In this document: piece by piece, positions 36,201 to 46,057 of the stretch
Position numbering within the stretch: position 1 is the first letter of the stretch
Layout of the letters: the number at the start of each line of letters is the position of its first letter
Assembly: GCA_046269625.1 (NCBI GenBank)
Contig: JBJURY010333269.1
Location: 1 to 46,525 of the forward strand
Origin: Hausera hauseri
Taxonomy: Eukaryota
DNA: 46,525 nt
Reading direction: 5' to 3'
Notes under the pieces: generated by a model
Seen by the model: only the letters and a program-made list of their open reading frames with translations
Databases searched by the model: none
What the model was told of the DNA's origin: nothing
Program-made: the position numbers and the translations under genes

Positions 36201-36707
36201 CTAAAATGCAGCCGCCTTAAAAATACTAAAGCCCGCTTGACCAACCTGTCCATACAGATTAGCTTGTGACAAGCTCTTTTGACGACTATAATCCGCATTA
36301 GCTGCGTCTTGTAAATATTGTGTTTGCTTCTGACCAGACAAGGCTGCATTAGCAGCTTGCCCTTGTTGTTGAGCAAAATTAGTAGACAAAGCGCCTAATG
36401 CGCCAGCTTCACCAGAACTATCGCTAGCGCCAGCATTCTCAGACATTTGAAGAACACGGGCACGACGTACACGCTCTTCTCGAATCTCTCGTCTACGAGC
36501 ATCAGCTTGCTGTTGAGCAGCCTGAGCCCTTTGTTCTTCTTTAGAAAGTTTCTCTCGATTAGAGGCTTCCTCTGCACTACGTTGAGCGGAACGCTGAGTC
36601 TTGTATTGCATGTATGTTCCAGCAGCACCAATAACGGCGCTGGCGGCAGCAATGTAACCAGCATTAGCACTTGCCCAAGCAGCAATAGCACTACCTGAAA
36701 CAGCCAT
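36201..36707 (-). CDS. Small internal virion protein
   Basis: Ala/Gly-rich hydrophobic N-terminus plus coiled coil; synteny. Confidence 0.7.
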   Translation of the reverse strand: MAVSGSAIAAWASANAGYIAAASAVIGAAGTYMQYKTQRSAQRSAEEASNREKLSKEEQRAQAAQQQADARRREIREERVRRARVLQMSENAGASDSSGEAGALGALSTNFAQQQGQAANAALSGQKQTQYLQDAANADYSRQKSLSQANLYGQVGQAGFSIFKAAAF

Positions 36708-36708
36708 A

Positions 36709-37176
36709 CTATTCCTTCAATTCTTTGCTATAGATAATATCTTGTACGCCATAACTTTTCCTCTCAAGAATCTTAGCAAATGCACTATTTTCTTTAGCGT
36801 GCCAGAGCATAAGTCTAGCACCTTCGTTATAGCATACTTTCTCAGTTTCTTTAATTAGACGTAAGCCTAAAGGTCCTTGTCTATAATCCTTGTGAAGAAA
36901 GATCACATCATTATATGCTGTAGTAAGTTCAGCGTAATGAAGATGAGGAGTGAGAATATTTGCACTATATCCAACTACTTGCCCCTCACTCTCAGCAAAG
37001 AGACATACAAGAATACCTTGCTTTTCAAGATTATCATATGTCTCCCGCATAGGAGCTAATTGCATTAATTGTTTGTTCTTCGCAATTTCATCCCAGTGTT
37101 CTTTGAACAGATGTTCCAGTTTATCCCAGTAGTTATAGCAAAGACCTTGAACAATATTAAGTGACTTGGTTTCCAT
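36709..37176 (-). CDS. GNAT-family acetyltransferase-like protein in the tail module
   Basis: VVGYS, DVIFLHKDYRQGPLGLRLIKETE (acetyl-CoA motif A). Confidence 0.82.
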   Translation of the reverse strand: METKSLNIVQGLCYNYWDKLEHLFKEHWDEIAKNKQLMQLAPMRETYDNLEKQGILVCLFAESEGQVVGYSANILTPHLHYAELTTAYNDVIFLHKDYRQGPLGLRLIKETEKVCYNEGARLMLWHAKENSAFAKILERKSYGVQDIIYSKELKE

Positions 37177-39517
37177 TTAGTGCAATATTCCAGCCTACCA
37201 GACGTAAGTCTTTAAGTGGCTCGGACTCCATATAAAGGCTAAAACTCTTACCACGTCCACGAAGTTTATTCTTAGTGGTGATAAGCTCAAAGCCATTGTC
37301 ATAAGTTGGGCTAGTAATTAAGAAGCTGTTATGGTAACGATATGCCTGGAATAAGCTTCCCCATTTATTAGATGTAGCCGTATTAGAGAAATCCCATTGA
37401 CTACGGATTAAGCAGCCAGAAGGATTAGCAGGATTACCGTCTTCGTCATATCCATTTTCAGTACGACGGAAGTGAACAGTGAGATAAGGAGCTTGCTTAG
37501 CTACGCTACTATCTCCAGCAGTTTGATAACCTGTAATTAGATAAGCCTTAGCATCTACACCAACACCATTAAACTCAGACCAATCTAGGAAATTCGTGTT
37601 GTTAAATGAAGAGAATGTATGCTTCAGATAAGTTTCACCAACATCTAGAATAGTTAGGTATTTAATAGATTGTAAGCTACTAAGACGTTCTTGCAATGTA
37701 ACATCTACAAGACCATCAGCTCCAGCTACTACAGGATCACCATTTACGACAACATCAGTAGTAACGAAGCCGGTACGGAATGGAGCAGTAGCAAAAAGGC
37801 TTACAGCCTGTACTGTATTTCCTTCCAGATCAGCAATACGATTAAGATAGAATGCTCCTAACACGGTATCTAGAATAAGCTCTTTTTGTAAGCTTGTACT
37901 AGTGAAGGCAATACCCTCATTATAAATCCATCGTACCTTCTTAGAATACAGGTCATAAACACCAATAGCTCGTTCTTTAGTAACAGTAGAAAGACTATCG
38001 TAATACGACTGAATAGTAGTTTGAGTAATGCTTTCGACAGACTGTTGACCTAATTGATCGTTAGCAATAACGTAGATGCCATCGAGAGCCCAGAAGAATA
38101 TACGACCCTTCTCCTCAACAATAGAGCCTTCAGTAAAGGCGCCTACTTGACTCATCTTACTAACTTTATAGTTAGAAGCGCTAAAGCCATAATCACTACC
38201 GCCATCAATACGCCAGATGCCATTAGTAGCAAAGACGATTAGAGCAGTGCCTAATGGCCTCATAGCTACAATCTTAGCAGCACCAGAGATACGAATATAA
38301 CCGCCGTCAGTGTCTACAATATCAGCATCATCACGAGAGGTAGGATCACCAGCTTGATAACACTTTGTAATCTCAAGGTTATTCTTTACAAGCTGACTAA
38401 ATACAACGAAGCTTTCTAGAGAAGGGCTACGACTATCCTTATCTACGATTTCACCACTGAAACCAGCATAGAAGATACGACCAGAGAATCCTACAGCACA
38501 AGTGGCCCCACCAGGGCTATAATCAGCATTAGTAGTACCTAAATTATGAGGAGAACCAAACGTGTTATTGTGATCTGCTTGAGCTTGAATACGGCTCTGT
38601 CCACGACGAAGTAAGTCAATAATATAATGCCCCTTTGCAGCAGGGACACCAGCAGTGCGGCTTTCATTATACAAAGCCGAAATCACTTGCTCATTAGGGC
38701 GATTCACAACGTTAGGAATAGCAGGTTGGAATTGCAAACCTAGGTTAATAGATTCCGTATTAGCAGGATAACCACCAAGCTTACTATTGAAATAGTTCGG
38801 TACATCAACAACACCAGGATTGAATGTAATAGCAGCTAATCCAGTACCACCAATGATATATTCTACTTCACCCTGACGAGGAATACCCCAACCTTGATTC
38901 TGAAGGTTCCACAAGTGACGATTAATAGTAGAAGATGTAGCAGGAACTCGTAGATCAATCTGAGATTCATAGGGCTCTTCTTCTTGCAAGCCCCAGAAAT
39001 CTCTCACCTTAATATTACTATAACTAATACTAAACCCTTCAAGAGTATAGTTGATAATAGCAATATCTGGACTTCCAGCAACAACTACTAGTGTGCCGTT
39101 AGCAACACCAAAAGAGAACTTAGCGAATGGAGAAAAATTAATCACAGGCATTTCAAACAGAAAGCCTTCGGCAGACATCGACTCTTCTTGATTACTATAG
39201 AAGAGAAGGGTATTCCCTAATTGAACAACTAGAAACTCTTTGTCAGTAAAGCCGCCAGGGGATTTCCATACGTAAGTAGCAATACCTGCACTTGCATAGG
39301 CAGCCGGAATAATATTGCCACCCGTATTGTATGAAAAAGGTGTTTCAAATCCAATCCCCCTTCGACGGTCTCGTGTACCATCTCGATTAAGTTCAAAATT
39401 CTCTTCAGCAAAAGAAGCATCTTGAGGGAAATTAAGAGGGCTAGCCTCTGTAATAAGTCCCTTTACAAATGTACTAACCTCGGCCTTTACGGCTTGTTTT
39501 GGTGGGCTGATCGCCAT
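37157..39517 (-). CDS. Tail nozzle / tail tubular protein B-like
   Basis: 786 aa, beta-rich; TFVKGLITEASPLNFP; follows the adaptor. Confidence 0.78.
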   Translation of the reverse strand: MAISPPKQAVKAEVSTFVKGLITEASPLNFPQDASFAEENFELNRDGTRDRRRGIGFETPFSYNTGGNIIPAAYASAGIATYVWKSPGGFTDKEFLVVQLGNTLLFYSNQEESMSAEGFLFEMPVINFSPFAKFSFGVANGTLVVVAGSPDIAIINYTLEGFSISYSNIKVRDFWGLQEEEPYESQIDLRVPATSSTINRHLWNLQNQGWGIPRQGEVEYIIGGTGLAAITFNPGVVDVPNYFNSKLGGYPANTESINLGLQFQPAIPNVVNRPNEQVISALYNESRTAGVPAAKGHYIIDLLRRGQSRIQAQADHNNTFGSPHNLGTTNADYSPGGATCAVGFSGRIFYAGFSGEIVDKDSRSPSLESFVVFSQLVKNNLEITKCYQAGDPTSRDDADIVDTDGGYIRISGAAKIVAMRPLGTALIVFATNGIWRIDGGSDYGFSASNYKVSKMSQVGAFTEGSIVEEKGRIFFWALDGIYVIANDQLGQQSVESITQTTIQSYYDSLSTVTKERAIGVYDLYSKKVRWIYNEGIAFTSTSLQKELILDTVLGAFYLNRIADLEGNTVQAVSLFATAPFRTGFVTTDVVVNGDPVVAGADGLVDVTLQERLSSLQSIKYLTILDVGETYLKHTFSSFNNTNFLDWSEFNGVGVDAKAYLITGYQTAGDSSVAKQAPYLTVHFRRTENGYDEDGNPANPSGCLIRSQWDFSNTATSNKWGSLFQAYRYHNSFLITSPTYDNGFELITTKNKLRGRGKSFSLYMESEPLKDLRLVGWNIALNGNQVT

Positions 39518-39701
39518 CTTCAGATTCCTTTACTTCTTCTGCCGGAGGCTTGTATTGGTCAATGGCCTTAATAGCCTCACTATACGATGTAAACAATCCA
39601 TCTAGAACCGCTGGCACACGCCCTGGTTCAATACTTGTCACACGAACAAGAGAAGGGGATTGAGGGTAAGGCTTAATATAATAGCCACTGTGAGTTTTCA
39701 T
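39474..39701 (-). CDS. Hypothetical protein (75 aa)
   Basis: Coupled between the adaptor and nozzle genes. Confidence 0.7.
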   Translation of the reverse strand: MKTHSGYYIKPYPQSPSLVRVTSIEPGRVPAVLDGLFTSYSEAIKAIDQYKPPAEEVKESEDGDQPTKTSRKGRG

Positions 39702-40460
39702 TTACTTACGAGATACTCGTCCAAAGTTAGCGTATCGCACACCACCCTTAGCAGCCCAAGCTTTACGAGAGAGCCATGCTTGCTGTTTAACAGATGCTTG
39801 TTCAGCCTTGCTGTTAACCATCTGTTTGAGGGTGAGGAATGCAACACTTTTAGCTTCCTCTTCTAGAGCAGGAAATGCTTCAGAGGGAAGGTTAGGAATA
39901 GCTTCATTAGTGTGTTCCCATGTTGGTTCCATGTAAGCTACACACTGATTCTTAGCCTGCTTAAGAGTGTCATCTACTGATGAATCATAACTGTCAAAGA
40001 CCAGATGAACGTCGTCAAAGCTTGTCCAAAACTGAGGAGCCTTATCGTTGATAACCAACAATTTAGTTCCACTGAAATCAGTAATTGTCTCCACATTATC
40101 ATTATCGCTCCTACGACTCAAAGTCATCCGAAGGAATTCATCTGGATAACGATATTTAACTTCTGTATACTTTAGAACATCTTCTCCAGTCTTTACAGCA
40201 TCATAGGAGACATACAACAGTTCTTTAGTATAGTTAGGAAGCTTAAGATATGTAGGCTTGTCAGGATCATTCAAAGCATCAAGTTGAATTAGCTGCTTAA
40301 GATGCGGCCAATTCCTGTTACCAATCATCTTGAAATAACAGCTCTTGATGATGGAAGCTACTTGCTGTGCCTCAATAGTATCGTCAATACTATTCACCTC
40401 ATCACTATCCATCTCGTTGAGGATGTTCTGAGTCATTTCAAGAAGGGTACGCTTACTCAT
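39702..40460 (-). CDS. Head-tail adaptor / tail tubular protein A-like
   Basis: TLLEMTQNILNEMDSDEVNSIDDTIEA; synteny. Confidence 0.78.
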   Translation of the reverse strand: MSKRTLLEMTQNILNEMDSDEVNSIDDTIEAQQVASIIKSCYFKMIGNRNWPHLKQLIQLDALNDPDKPTYLKLPNYTKELLYVSYDAVKTGEDVLKYTEVKYRYPDEFLRMTLSRRSDNDNVETITDFSGTKLLVINDKAPQFWTSFDDVHLVFDSYDSSVDDTLKQAKNQCVAYMEPTWEHTNEAIPNLPSEAFPALEEEAKSVAFLTLKQMVNSKAEQASVKQQAWLSRKAWAAKGGVRYANFGRVSRK

Positions 40461-41140
40461 TATGCACCTCGAAGAAGAATTACAGCAGCATTCATATCCT
40501 GAATAATCAGGTTACCGGTGGCGGTAGAAGCAAAATAGAGCTGGATATAATCACCAGCAGTGAGAGGAACGATACCAAAACCTGTCAGGTTACCATTATC
40601 ACCAGCACTATTACTCTTAACAATAGGACGACGAGCTGAGAATGTAGTGCCATTTAAGCGATACTTCATGGCAATCTTAGTTGTATTAGTTGGGAACGAA
40701 CCAATCGTTGCCCAGGCCAGCACTTCGTAGATACCAGTTTCAGTAATCGTAATACGATCAGTTAGGACACCAACGTTAAAGTTGTTAGGATCGGCTACCC
40801 AAGGGGCGCCTGTACCTGTGAACAGAACGAAATCAGAATTTGTACCAAGTGTAGGATCAACAGCCGCAGTCATTGCAAAGTTGGCTGTATTTCCTGTAAT
40901 AGTCATGCCACCAAAAGCAGCACGAGTTTTTAATGTAAAGCCGTTACTACCATCAGTAACAAGAAGCTTATTAGTATTACCGCCATCCCCTGTTAAGCCT
41001 TTAAGCGTAGTAGAATCAGGACGCTTCCATGTACCGCTGCCTGATCCGTTAGATACATAACCTGTATTAGCGGCAGCAGAGGCGATTCCTTTAGGCTCAT
41101 GAATCTCGGGATCGGTAATATTGCGGTGTTCGATTGACAA
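40460..41140 (-). CDS. Virion fibre/structural protein (226 aa)
   Basis: EIHEPKG N-terminus, G/T-rich beta domain. Confidence 0.65.
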   Translation of the reverse strand: MSIEHRNITDPEIHEPKGIASAAANTGYVSNGSGSGTWKRPDSTTLKGLTGDGGNTNKLLVTDGSNGFTLKTRAAFGGMTITGNTANFAMTAAVDPTLGTNSDFVLFTGTGAPWVADPNNFNVGVLTDRITITETGIYEVLAWATIGSFPTNTTKIAMKYRLNGTTFSARRPIVKSNSAGDNGNLTGFGIVPLTAGDYIQLYFASTATGNLIIQDMNAAVILLRGA

Positions 41141-41151
41141 TTCAATTCTCC

Positions 41152-41187
41152 AATAAAAAAGGGGCTCACTCCGAAGAGCAGCCCCTT
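41152..41187 (-). terminator. Rho-independent terminator after the capsid genes
   Basis: AAGGGGCT/AGCCCCTT stem followed by a T-run on the minus strand. Confidence 0.85.
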
Positions 41188-41194
41188 AGTAGGA

Positions 41195-41677
41195 TTAAAC
41201 CTTAGTCTTGAATTCGTACTCAGCGATGAGACGAATCTTACCAGCACCGGCTGTCACAGCGGGGGTAGTACCGCCGAGCTGGAACTTAACCTTTTCAGCA
41301 GCAGTAGTGCCAGTAGCAGAAGTCGTAGACCACGTACCTGTACCGGTAGAAGCAGGAATCTTAGTACCAACAGCACCAACTTCGGCTTGTGTCAGCACAA
41401 CACCGTTAGTAGCAGGAGCAGTACCACCGATAAGCACCGTAGGTGTCGTACCAGTGAGAACCAGAGCTTCATCAACGCGAAGGATGAATCGCAGGAAGTG
41501 AGCACCTCGCGGCAGCACAAAGTTGGGAACAAAGCCGTCAGTAAAATTCTGCCAGACCAGCTCCACACCCATTTGATGCGTCGAATCCATCGAACGCTCA
41601 ACACCAACCGAACCACCCACAGTACGCACACCGTACTGATTCAGGACGTTAAGACCTGTATTACTTTCGTAGGGCAT
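41195..41677 (-). CDS. Capsid decoration / minor capsid protein
   Basis: Directly after the MCP, with the same high-expression codon bias and an AGGAG RBS. Confidence 0.7.
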   Translation of the reverse strand: MPYESNTGLNVLNQYGVRTVGGSVGVERSMDSTHQMGVELVWQNFTDGFVPNFVLPRGAHFLRFILRVDEALVLTGTTPTVLIGGTAPATNGVVLTQAEVGAVGTKIPASTGTGTWSTTSATGTTAAEKVKFQLGGTTPAVTAGAGKIRLIAEYEFKTKV

Positions 41678-41690
41678 CTATATCTCCTAA

Positions 41691-42644
41691 TTAGAACTTG
41701 GTGGCAGAGGTAATCAGAATACCCAGCGAGTCAACGCGCTGAGCACCCATGCCCCAACGGCAAGACGTAACGAATTCGTCACGACGCAGGTCCTTATTGC
41801 GCTCACCTTCCACCTTAGGCATACGACGCCATGCAGCCATAATCGGCTTGATGTTGTCATCAGCAACGTTCATGAACACGTTAGCCACAGCACCAGTCAC
41901 AGCCGTAGTACCATCGGTGAAGTCACCCTTGGCAAGACGGTTAGAAGTGATGATGTTCCAGCCATACAGATTCATCAGGAACGTATGATCGCGATCAAAA
42001 CCATTCAACAGAATCTTCTCACCGAACGGGGTGACATCGCGGCCGATGCTCACCAGACGGTCCAGAGTAGAAGCGCAAACCGGGTCGATAATAGCGACGC
42101 GGCCACCCATAGGAACGTTAGCCTTGTCAAAGGCCAGCTTCATGCGAATGAAGTGATCCAGAGTGATTGTGTTTTCAGAACCCACTGTAGCCACAGTAGA
42201 CGAGATACGATGCGGAAAACCGTTGATCGTATTAGCCGTAGCTTGGTTCTGAGCAGTGTTACAACGAGCGAGGAAGCGAGATTCAAACGTCTCTTGAATA
42301 GCACGAGTCGATTCCGAAGAACGACCAGCCATCAGAGCCTCAACCTGAGCACCGTCTTCACGCAGTTCATCAGTGACGTACCAAGCATCGCCAACATAGT
42401 CGGTGATGGTCAGAGTCACTTCACCCGAATCAATCGGGGTATAATCGAACGGGACATCTTCAGCACCGTCTTGAATAGTGACAGTACCGATAGTCTTGAT
42501 GTGAAGCGTAGTACCGCTACCGAAATCACTGACGTTACGATAGAACGTCTCCGGAAGCATACCATCGTGCAGATTGCGAAGAATGAACGCGCTATACTGC
42601 TCGGCTTCAATAAATGCTGTGCTATTTGCACGATTTTGACTCAT
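41691..42644 (-). CDS. Major capsid protein
   Basis: 317 aa; AFIEAEQYSAFILRNLHDGMLP..RNVSDFGSGTTLHIKTIG resembles LUZ24/PaP3-type MCP; follows the scaffold. Confidence 0.92.
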   Translation of the reverse strand: MSQNRANSTAFIEAEQYSAFILRNLHDGMLPETFYRNVSDFGSGTTLHIKTIGTVTIQDGAEDVPFDYTPIDSGEVTLTITDYVGDAWYVTDELREDGAQVEALMAGRSSESTRAIQETFESRFLARCNTAQNQATANTINGFPHRISSTVATVGSENTITLDHFIRMKLAFDKANVPMGGRVAIIDPVCASTLDRLVSIGRDVTPFGEKILLNGFDRDHTFLMNLYGWNIITSNRLAKGDFTDGTTAVTGAVANVFMNVADDNIKPIMAAWRRMPKVEGERNKDLRRDEFVTSCRWGMGAQRVDSLGILITSATKF

Positions 42645-43093
42645 AAGTCAATTTCCTTAAATTTATTGGTGAGAATTCCTTTAGCCACCCTTTGTACTGT
42701 AGAGCGCCCAAACCCAGTTTGGCGACCGATTTCACGAAGAGATAGATGAGGATGTGAGTTAATAAACGAACTTAATTGGTTAAAATCTGATTCAGTCAAC
42801 GTACTATATCGTCCCGCCGGTCGTCCTTTACTCTTACGATCCTCTACATTATCTGTATTAGTCCCTAAGAATAAGTGGTCAGGATTCACACAAGCTGGTG
42901 TATCACATTTATGTAACACATGCAACTCGCCGGGATCAATGTTGTGGTATAAAATATACGAAACACGAGAGGCTGTCGTTGCTTTACCATTATACGAGAA
43001 TACACCGTATCCACTAGAACGACGTGCGGCATTCCAAAGCCAGCAGCCTGACTCGTGCTTTGAAAACTTCTCTTCAAAGCGATTTTGAGCCAT
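42641..43093 (-). CDS. HNH homing endonuclease
   Basis: GCWLW..GYG..VLHKCDTPACVNPDHLFLGTNTDN..KGR plus HTH. Confidence 0.92.
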   Translation of the reverse strand: MAQNRFEEKFSKHESGCWLWNAARRSSGYGVFSYNGKATTASRVSYILYHNIDPGELHVLHKCDTPACVNPDHLFLGTNTDNVEDRKSKGRPAGRYSTLTESDFNQLSSFINSHPHLSLREIGRQTGFGRSTVQRVAKGILTNKFKEIDL

Positions 43094-43109
43094 ATTTTAT
43101 CCTATTTAA

Positions 43110-43919
43110 TTAACCAAAGAATTTACTATATACCTTAGGATCAGTAAGATCGTTGATGCTCATACCCTTCGCTTCAAGTTCTGCGATCATATCTTGACCG
43201 TTCTTCATCTCTTGTTGCATATCTTTCCGGGTAGCGCCCATCAAAGCACTGGTCTGATTCCGCCGAATATTAGTATCTTGCGGAGGCCGAAGAGCATCAG
43301 TATTAATCGTTGAATTAGGAGGCGTAAACACAGAAGCCTTAGGCGTGACATTAAAATATGTCAATACAGCCTTAGGACTCTTAGCAGCCAACACATTCAA
43401 TTCAGCAACACTAATACCTAATTCAGCAGCTTTGTCATTATATTTCTTCTCAGCTTCAGCGCCAAATGCATCCTTAAGAGCATTAGCTACAGCTTCAGTA
43501 TTTTGTTTAACTGTCTGTTGCTGTTCACGTTGATTAATATTCTGACTGACTAGATCAGCAATTTGTTCAGGAGTGAGGGAGCTACCGGTTTGTGGAGCGG
43601 GCTTGTTTACTTCCTGAGTGAGAGACTGAAGAGTACGTTCAAGTTCTGCAATTCGATCTGCTTCGGTCTTGGACCTTGCTAAATCAGCTTCTAATTGAGA
43701 CTTTGAATTCGTCAGATTTGCAATATGATCTTGCGAGTGACGAAGCGCAATCAAAGCAGAATTAATATCCTTGTACTTTTGCTCTCCACGTTCATTCTTA
43801 ATTTCGCTTAGAAGGGTAATCAAAGCTGGATCAGGTTGAACGGTTGATCCCTGCTGGGGATCGGGATTTGGCTGGGTAGCCGGATTTTGATTTCCGAAAA
43901 TCGAGGACTGGTCGGTCAT
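43110..43919 (-). CDS. Capsid scaffolding protein
   Basis: True start MTDQ at 43919 (AAGGA RBS); coiled coil; lies between portal and MCP. Confidence 0.8.
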   Translation of the reverse strand: MTDQSSIFGNQNPATQPNPDPQQGSTVQPDPALITLLSEIKNERGEQKYKDINSALIALRHSQDHIANLTNSKSQLEADLARSKTEADRIAELERTLQSLTQEVNKPAPQTGSSLTPEQIADLVSQNINQREQQQTVKQNTEAVANALKDAFGAEAEKKYNDKAAELGISVAELNVLAAKSPKAVLTYFNVTPKASVFTPPNSTINTDALRPPQDTNIRRNQTSALMGATRKDMQQEMKNGQDMIAELEAKGMSINDLTDPKVYSKFFG

Positions 43920-43944
43920 TCGATATATTCCTTTAAGATTATTC

Positions 43945-44020
43945 TGGTGCCTCATGTTAGACTCGAACTAACAACCTACTGCTTACAAGACAGTTGCTCT
44001 TCCAATTGAGCTAACAAGGC
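43945..44020 (-). tRNA. tRNA-Thr(UGU)
   Basis: GCCTTGTTAGCTCAATTGGAAGAGCA-ACTGT-CTTGTAA-GCAGT..GTTCGAGT..GAGGCACCA, 76 nt. Confidence 0.93.
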
Positions 44021-44060
44021 TTATTTAATACTTCTATATATCTATATTAATATATAAAAT

Positions 44061-44300
44061 CTACATAAGAAGAGAAATAATTTCATCCATAGCCTTCTCA
44101 TATCCTAAAATAGAGGCAGCTTGCAGATGCCACGAAGCTTTTTCAAAGGCTTCATCACCTTTAAGGAGCTTTCGTTTAGTCTCAATCTTATCTTTAATAT
44201 GTTCAATGAGCTGTTTACGGAACAAAGCAGAAGCTTTGAAATTTAATTCTAGCTCCTTGCTTTGATCATCATTTAGCCCCTTTTTAAGAGAAGTTTTCAT
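44061..44300 (-). CDS. Hypothetical protein after the portal (79 aa)
   Basis: ATGA coupling to the portal. Confidence 0.75.
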   Translation of the reverse strand: MKTSLKKGLNDDQSKELELNFKASALFRKQLIEHIKDKIETKRKLLKGDEAFEKASWHLQAASILGYEKAMDEIISLLM

Positions 44301-46057
44301 TTAGGAAAATCCGCTGGATCAATTGATTGTTCGGACATCAAATCCTCAGTAGCTTGGCTAGAGAGGCGAGCCGTCTCTTGTTGCTCAAACACAGCAGCGT
44401 TAGGAGCAAACAGAGTATATCGGCGGAGATTCAGAACATCCTCAATAAGCTTAGCAAGCTGCTTACCAGAAGTATGTGGAGCAATCATTTGAGGTAGATT
44501 AGGACCAAAGACACCAGACAGATTCTGCATAAGCTGAGCTTGAGCAGCGAAGTGACGAGCGCCAATAGGACGAATCACACCAGCAGCAGTGATGTCTTCA
44601 CGAGTAATTGTGCGGAAAGATGTAACGCCAAGATCATCATCAATTACACGAACAACGTCCTCATTATCGAGATTACGACGTGCTGTTTCAAGCATAGCAT
44701 TTAACAGACGTTCAAGCAATTCAGTTTCAAATGTAGTGATCTTCTCTTGGAAAATACGACCACCAGCATTTTGTAATTGTTGCACCTCAAATGCTGTCTT
44801 TTCACCAGGACTCCGAATACCCATAGCCTCACGCGGAGCACCAGCAAACATTTCCATTCGCTGCTCTAAAAGACTAATAGCATTATCGGCTTGAATCACC
44901 CATTGGACATTACGTGCCAATTCAGTAACTGTACCACCTTCATCAATATGAATCTCAGCACCAGGGCTGTATTGGAATTCCTCCACATCACCGGCAATAA
45001 CTAGCGGAGGAAGAACAGCCAAGTCCATAGCATCGGCCTTAAGGTTTTCCAAATGGTCGATACGATATTGCATTCCAACAAGATTATCGAGAGGACCCAT
45101 ACCCCAAAGGTTATCAGGCCGTTTACGCCAAGTAGTAGCGTAAATAGGGGCGCTACCAAACCAAGAAGGAATAGGCTCATTACGAATAACCCACATCCGG
45201 TCAACAATAGTAATAATACGACCTGTTTGATATTTCTTATTAACATCGTCATAAATATCACCATAGAATGTCAGGAATTCACAATATCCAGACTGCAGAT
45301 ATTCTTGATAATTACCAAAGCCATCCATCTGAAAACCATCATCTTTTTCGAGGTCTTCAAGGCCATAAGCACCCATGTGCGTATACAAAGCTTGACGCTG
45401 TTCTAACACCTTCTTCAAATAGGCATTATCCGGGTCAGTCTCTGCCATGCTGTACAATTCTCCGATGTTTTTGACAGCCCGGATAATTTTAAAACTATCT
45501 TTAAAGGAAGCAGCTACCGGATTAAAGACAATATCGAGAGGGCTAATACGTCGAACTCGGGGGCCAATGTAGTCGGGAATCTTATTACCGTATACATCAT
45601 CTCGATAAGAGGCTTCATAATCCACTGTACCAATCGCAATACCATAGTCAATATAGTCATATAGTAGTTGGCTTAGTTCAGACCTAAAATATCCCTCTCG
45701 ACACTTATTAGAAATGTATGCTTCAATTGCGGATACCTTATCCTTAGCAGCATCATTCTTAGAATAAGCTTCCCACTTCACCCATTCATCATTAGGAAAA
45801 AGAGCAGAGATATAATTGGAATGTAGGTTGTCACGAATCTGACAAAGTTTTGGGAGCGTTGTCGTGTTCTTCCATGGAAGACCTCGGTTACTTGTAGTAG
45901 AGGTGTCAGTTGCAAACAAATAGTTTCTTAACTCACGCCACTCTGCAATTTTACCAGTCATTTGTGACCGATAATTGAACCAAGTATTAGAAATAGTTTT
46001 AGCAAGATCATCTCCAGCGAATGCACTTCGGAGGACGAGCGGGGTCTTTCCTGCCAT
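44297..46057 (-). CDS. Portal protein
   Basis: 586 aa; WKNTTTLPKLCQIRDNLHSNY, GMQYRIDHLEN, GIRSPGEKTAFEVQQL; synteny. Confidence 0.9.
   Translation of the reverse strand: MAGKTPLVLRSAFAGDDLAKTISNTWFNYRSQMTGKIAEWRELRNYLFATDTSTTSNRGLPWKNTTTLPKLCQIRDNLHSNYISALFPNDEWVKWEAYSKNDAAKDKVSAIEAYISNKCREGYFRSELSQLLYDYIDYGIAIGTVDYEASYRDDVYGNKIPDYIGPRVRRISPLDIVFNPVAASFKDSFKIIRAVKNIGELYSMAETDPDNAYLKKVLEQRQALYTHMGAYGLEDLEKDDGFQMDGFGNYQEYLQSGYCEFLTFYGDIYDDVNKKYQTGRIITIVDRMWVIRNEPIPSWFGSAPIYATTWRKRPDNLWGMGPLDNLVGMQYRIDHLENLKADAMDLAVLPPLVIAGDVEEFQYSPGAEIHIDEGGTVTELARNVQWVIQADNAISLLEQRMEMFAGAPREAMGIRSPGEKTAFEVQQLQNAGGRIFQEKITTFETELLERLLNAMLETARRNLDNEDVVRVIDDDLGVTSFRTITREDITAAGVIRPIGARHFAAQAQLMQNLSGVFGPNLPQMIAPHTSGKQLAKLIEDVLNLRRYTLFAPNAAVFEQQETARLSSQATEDLMSEQSIDPADFPK

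Noticed and set aside
43920-43955. Scaffold start at 43955 as given in the ORF track
   Set aside because: It overlaps the 3' end of tRNA-Thr; the RBS supports ATG 43919.
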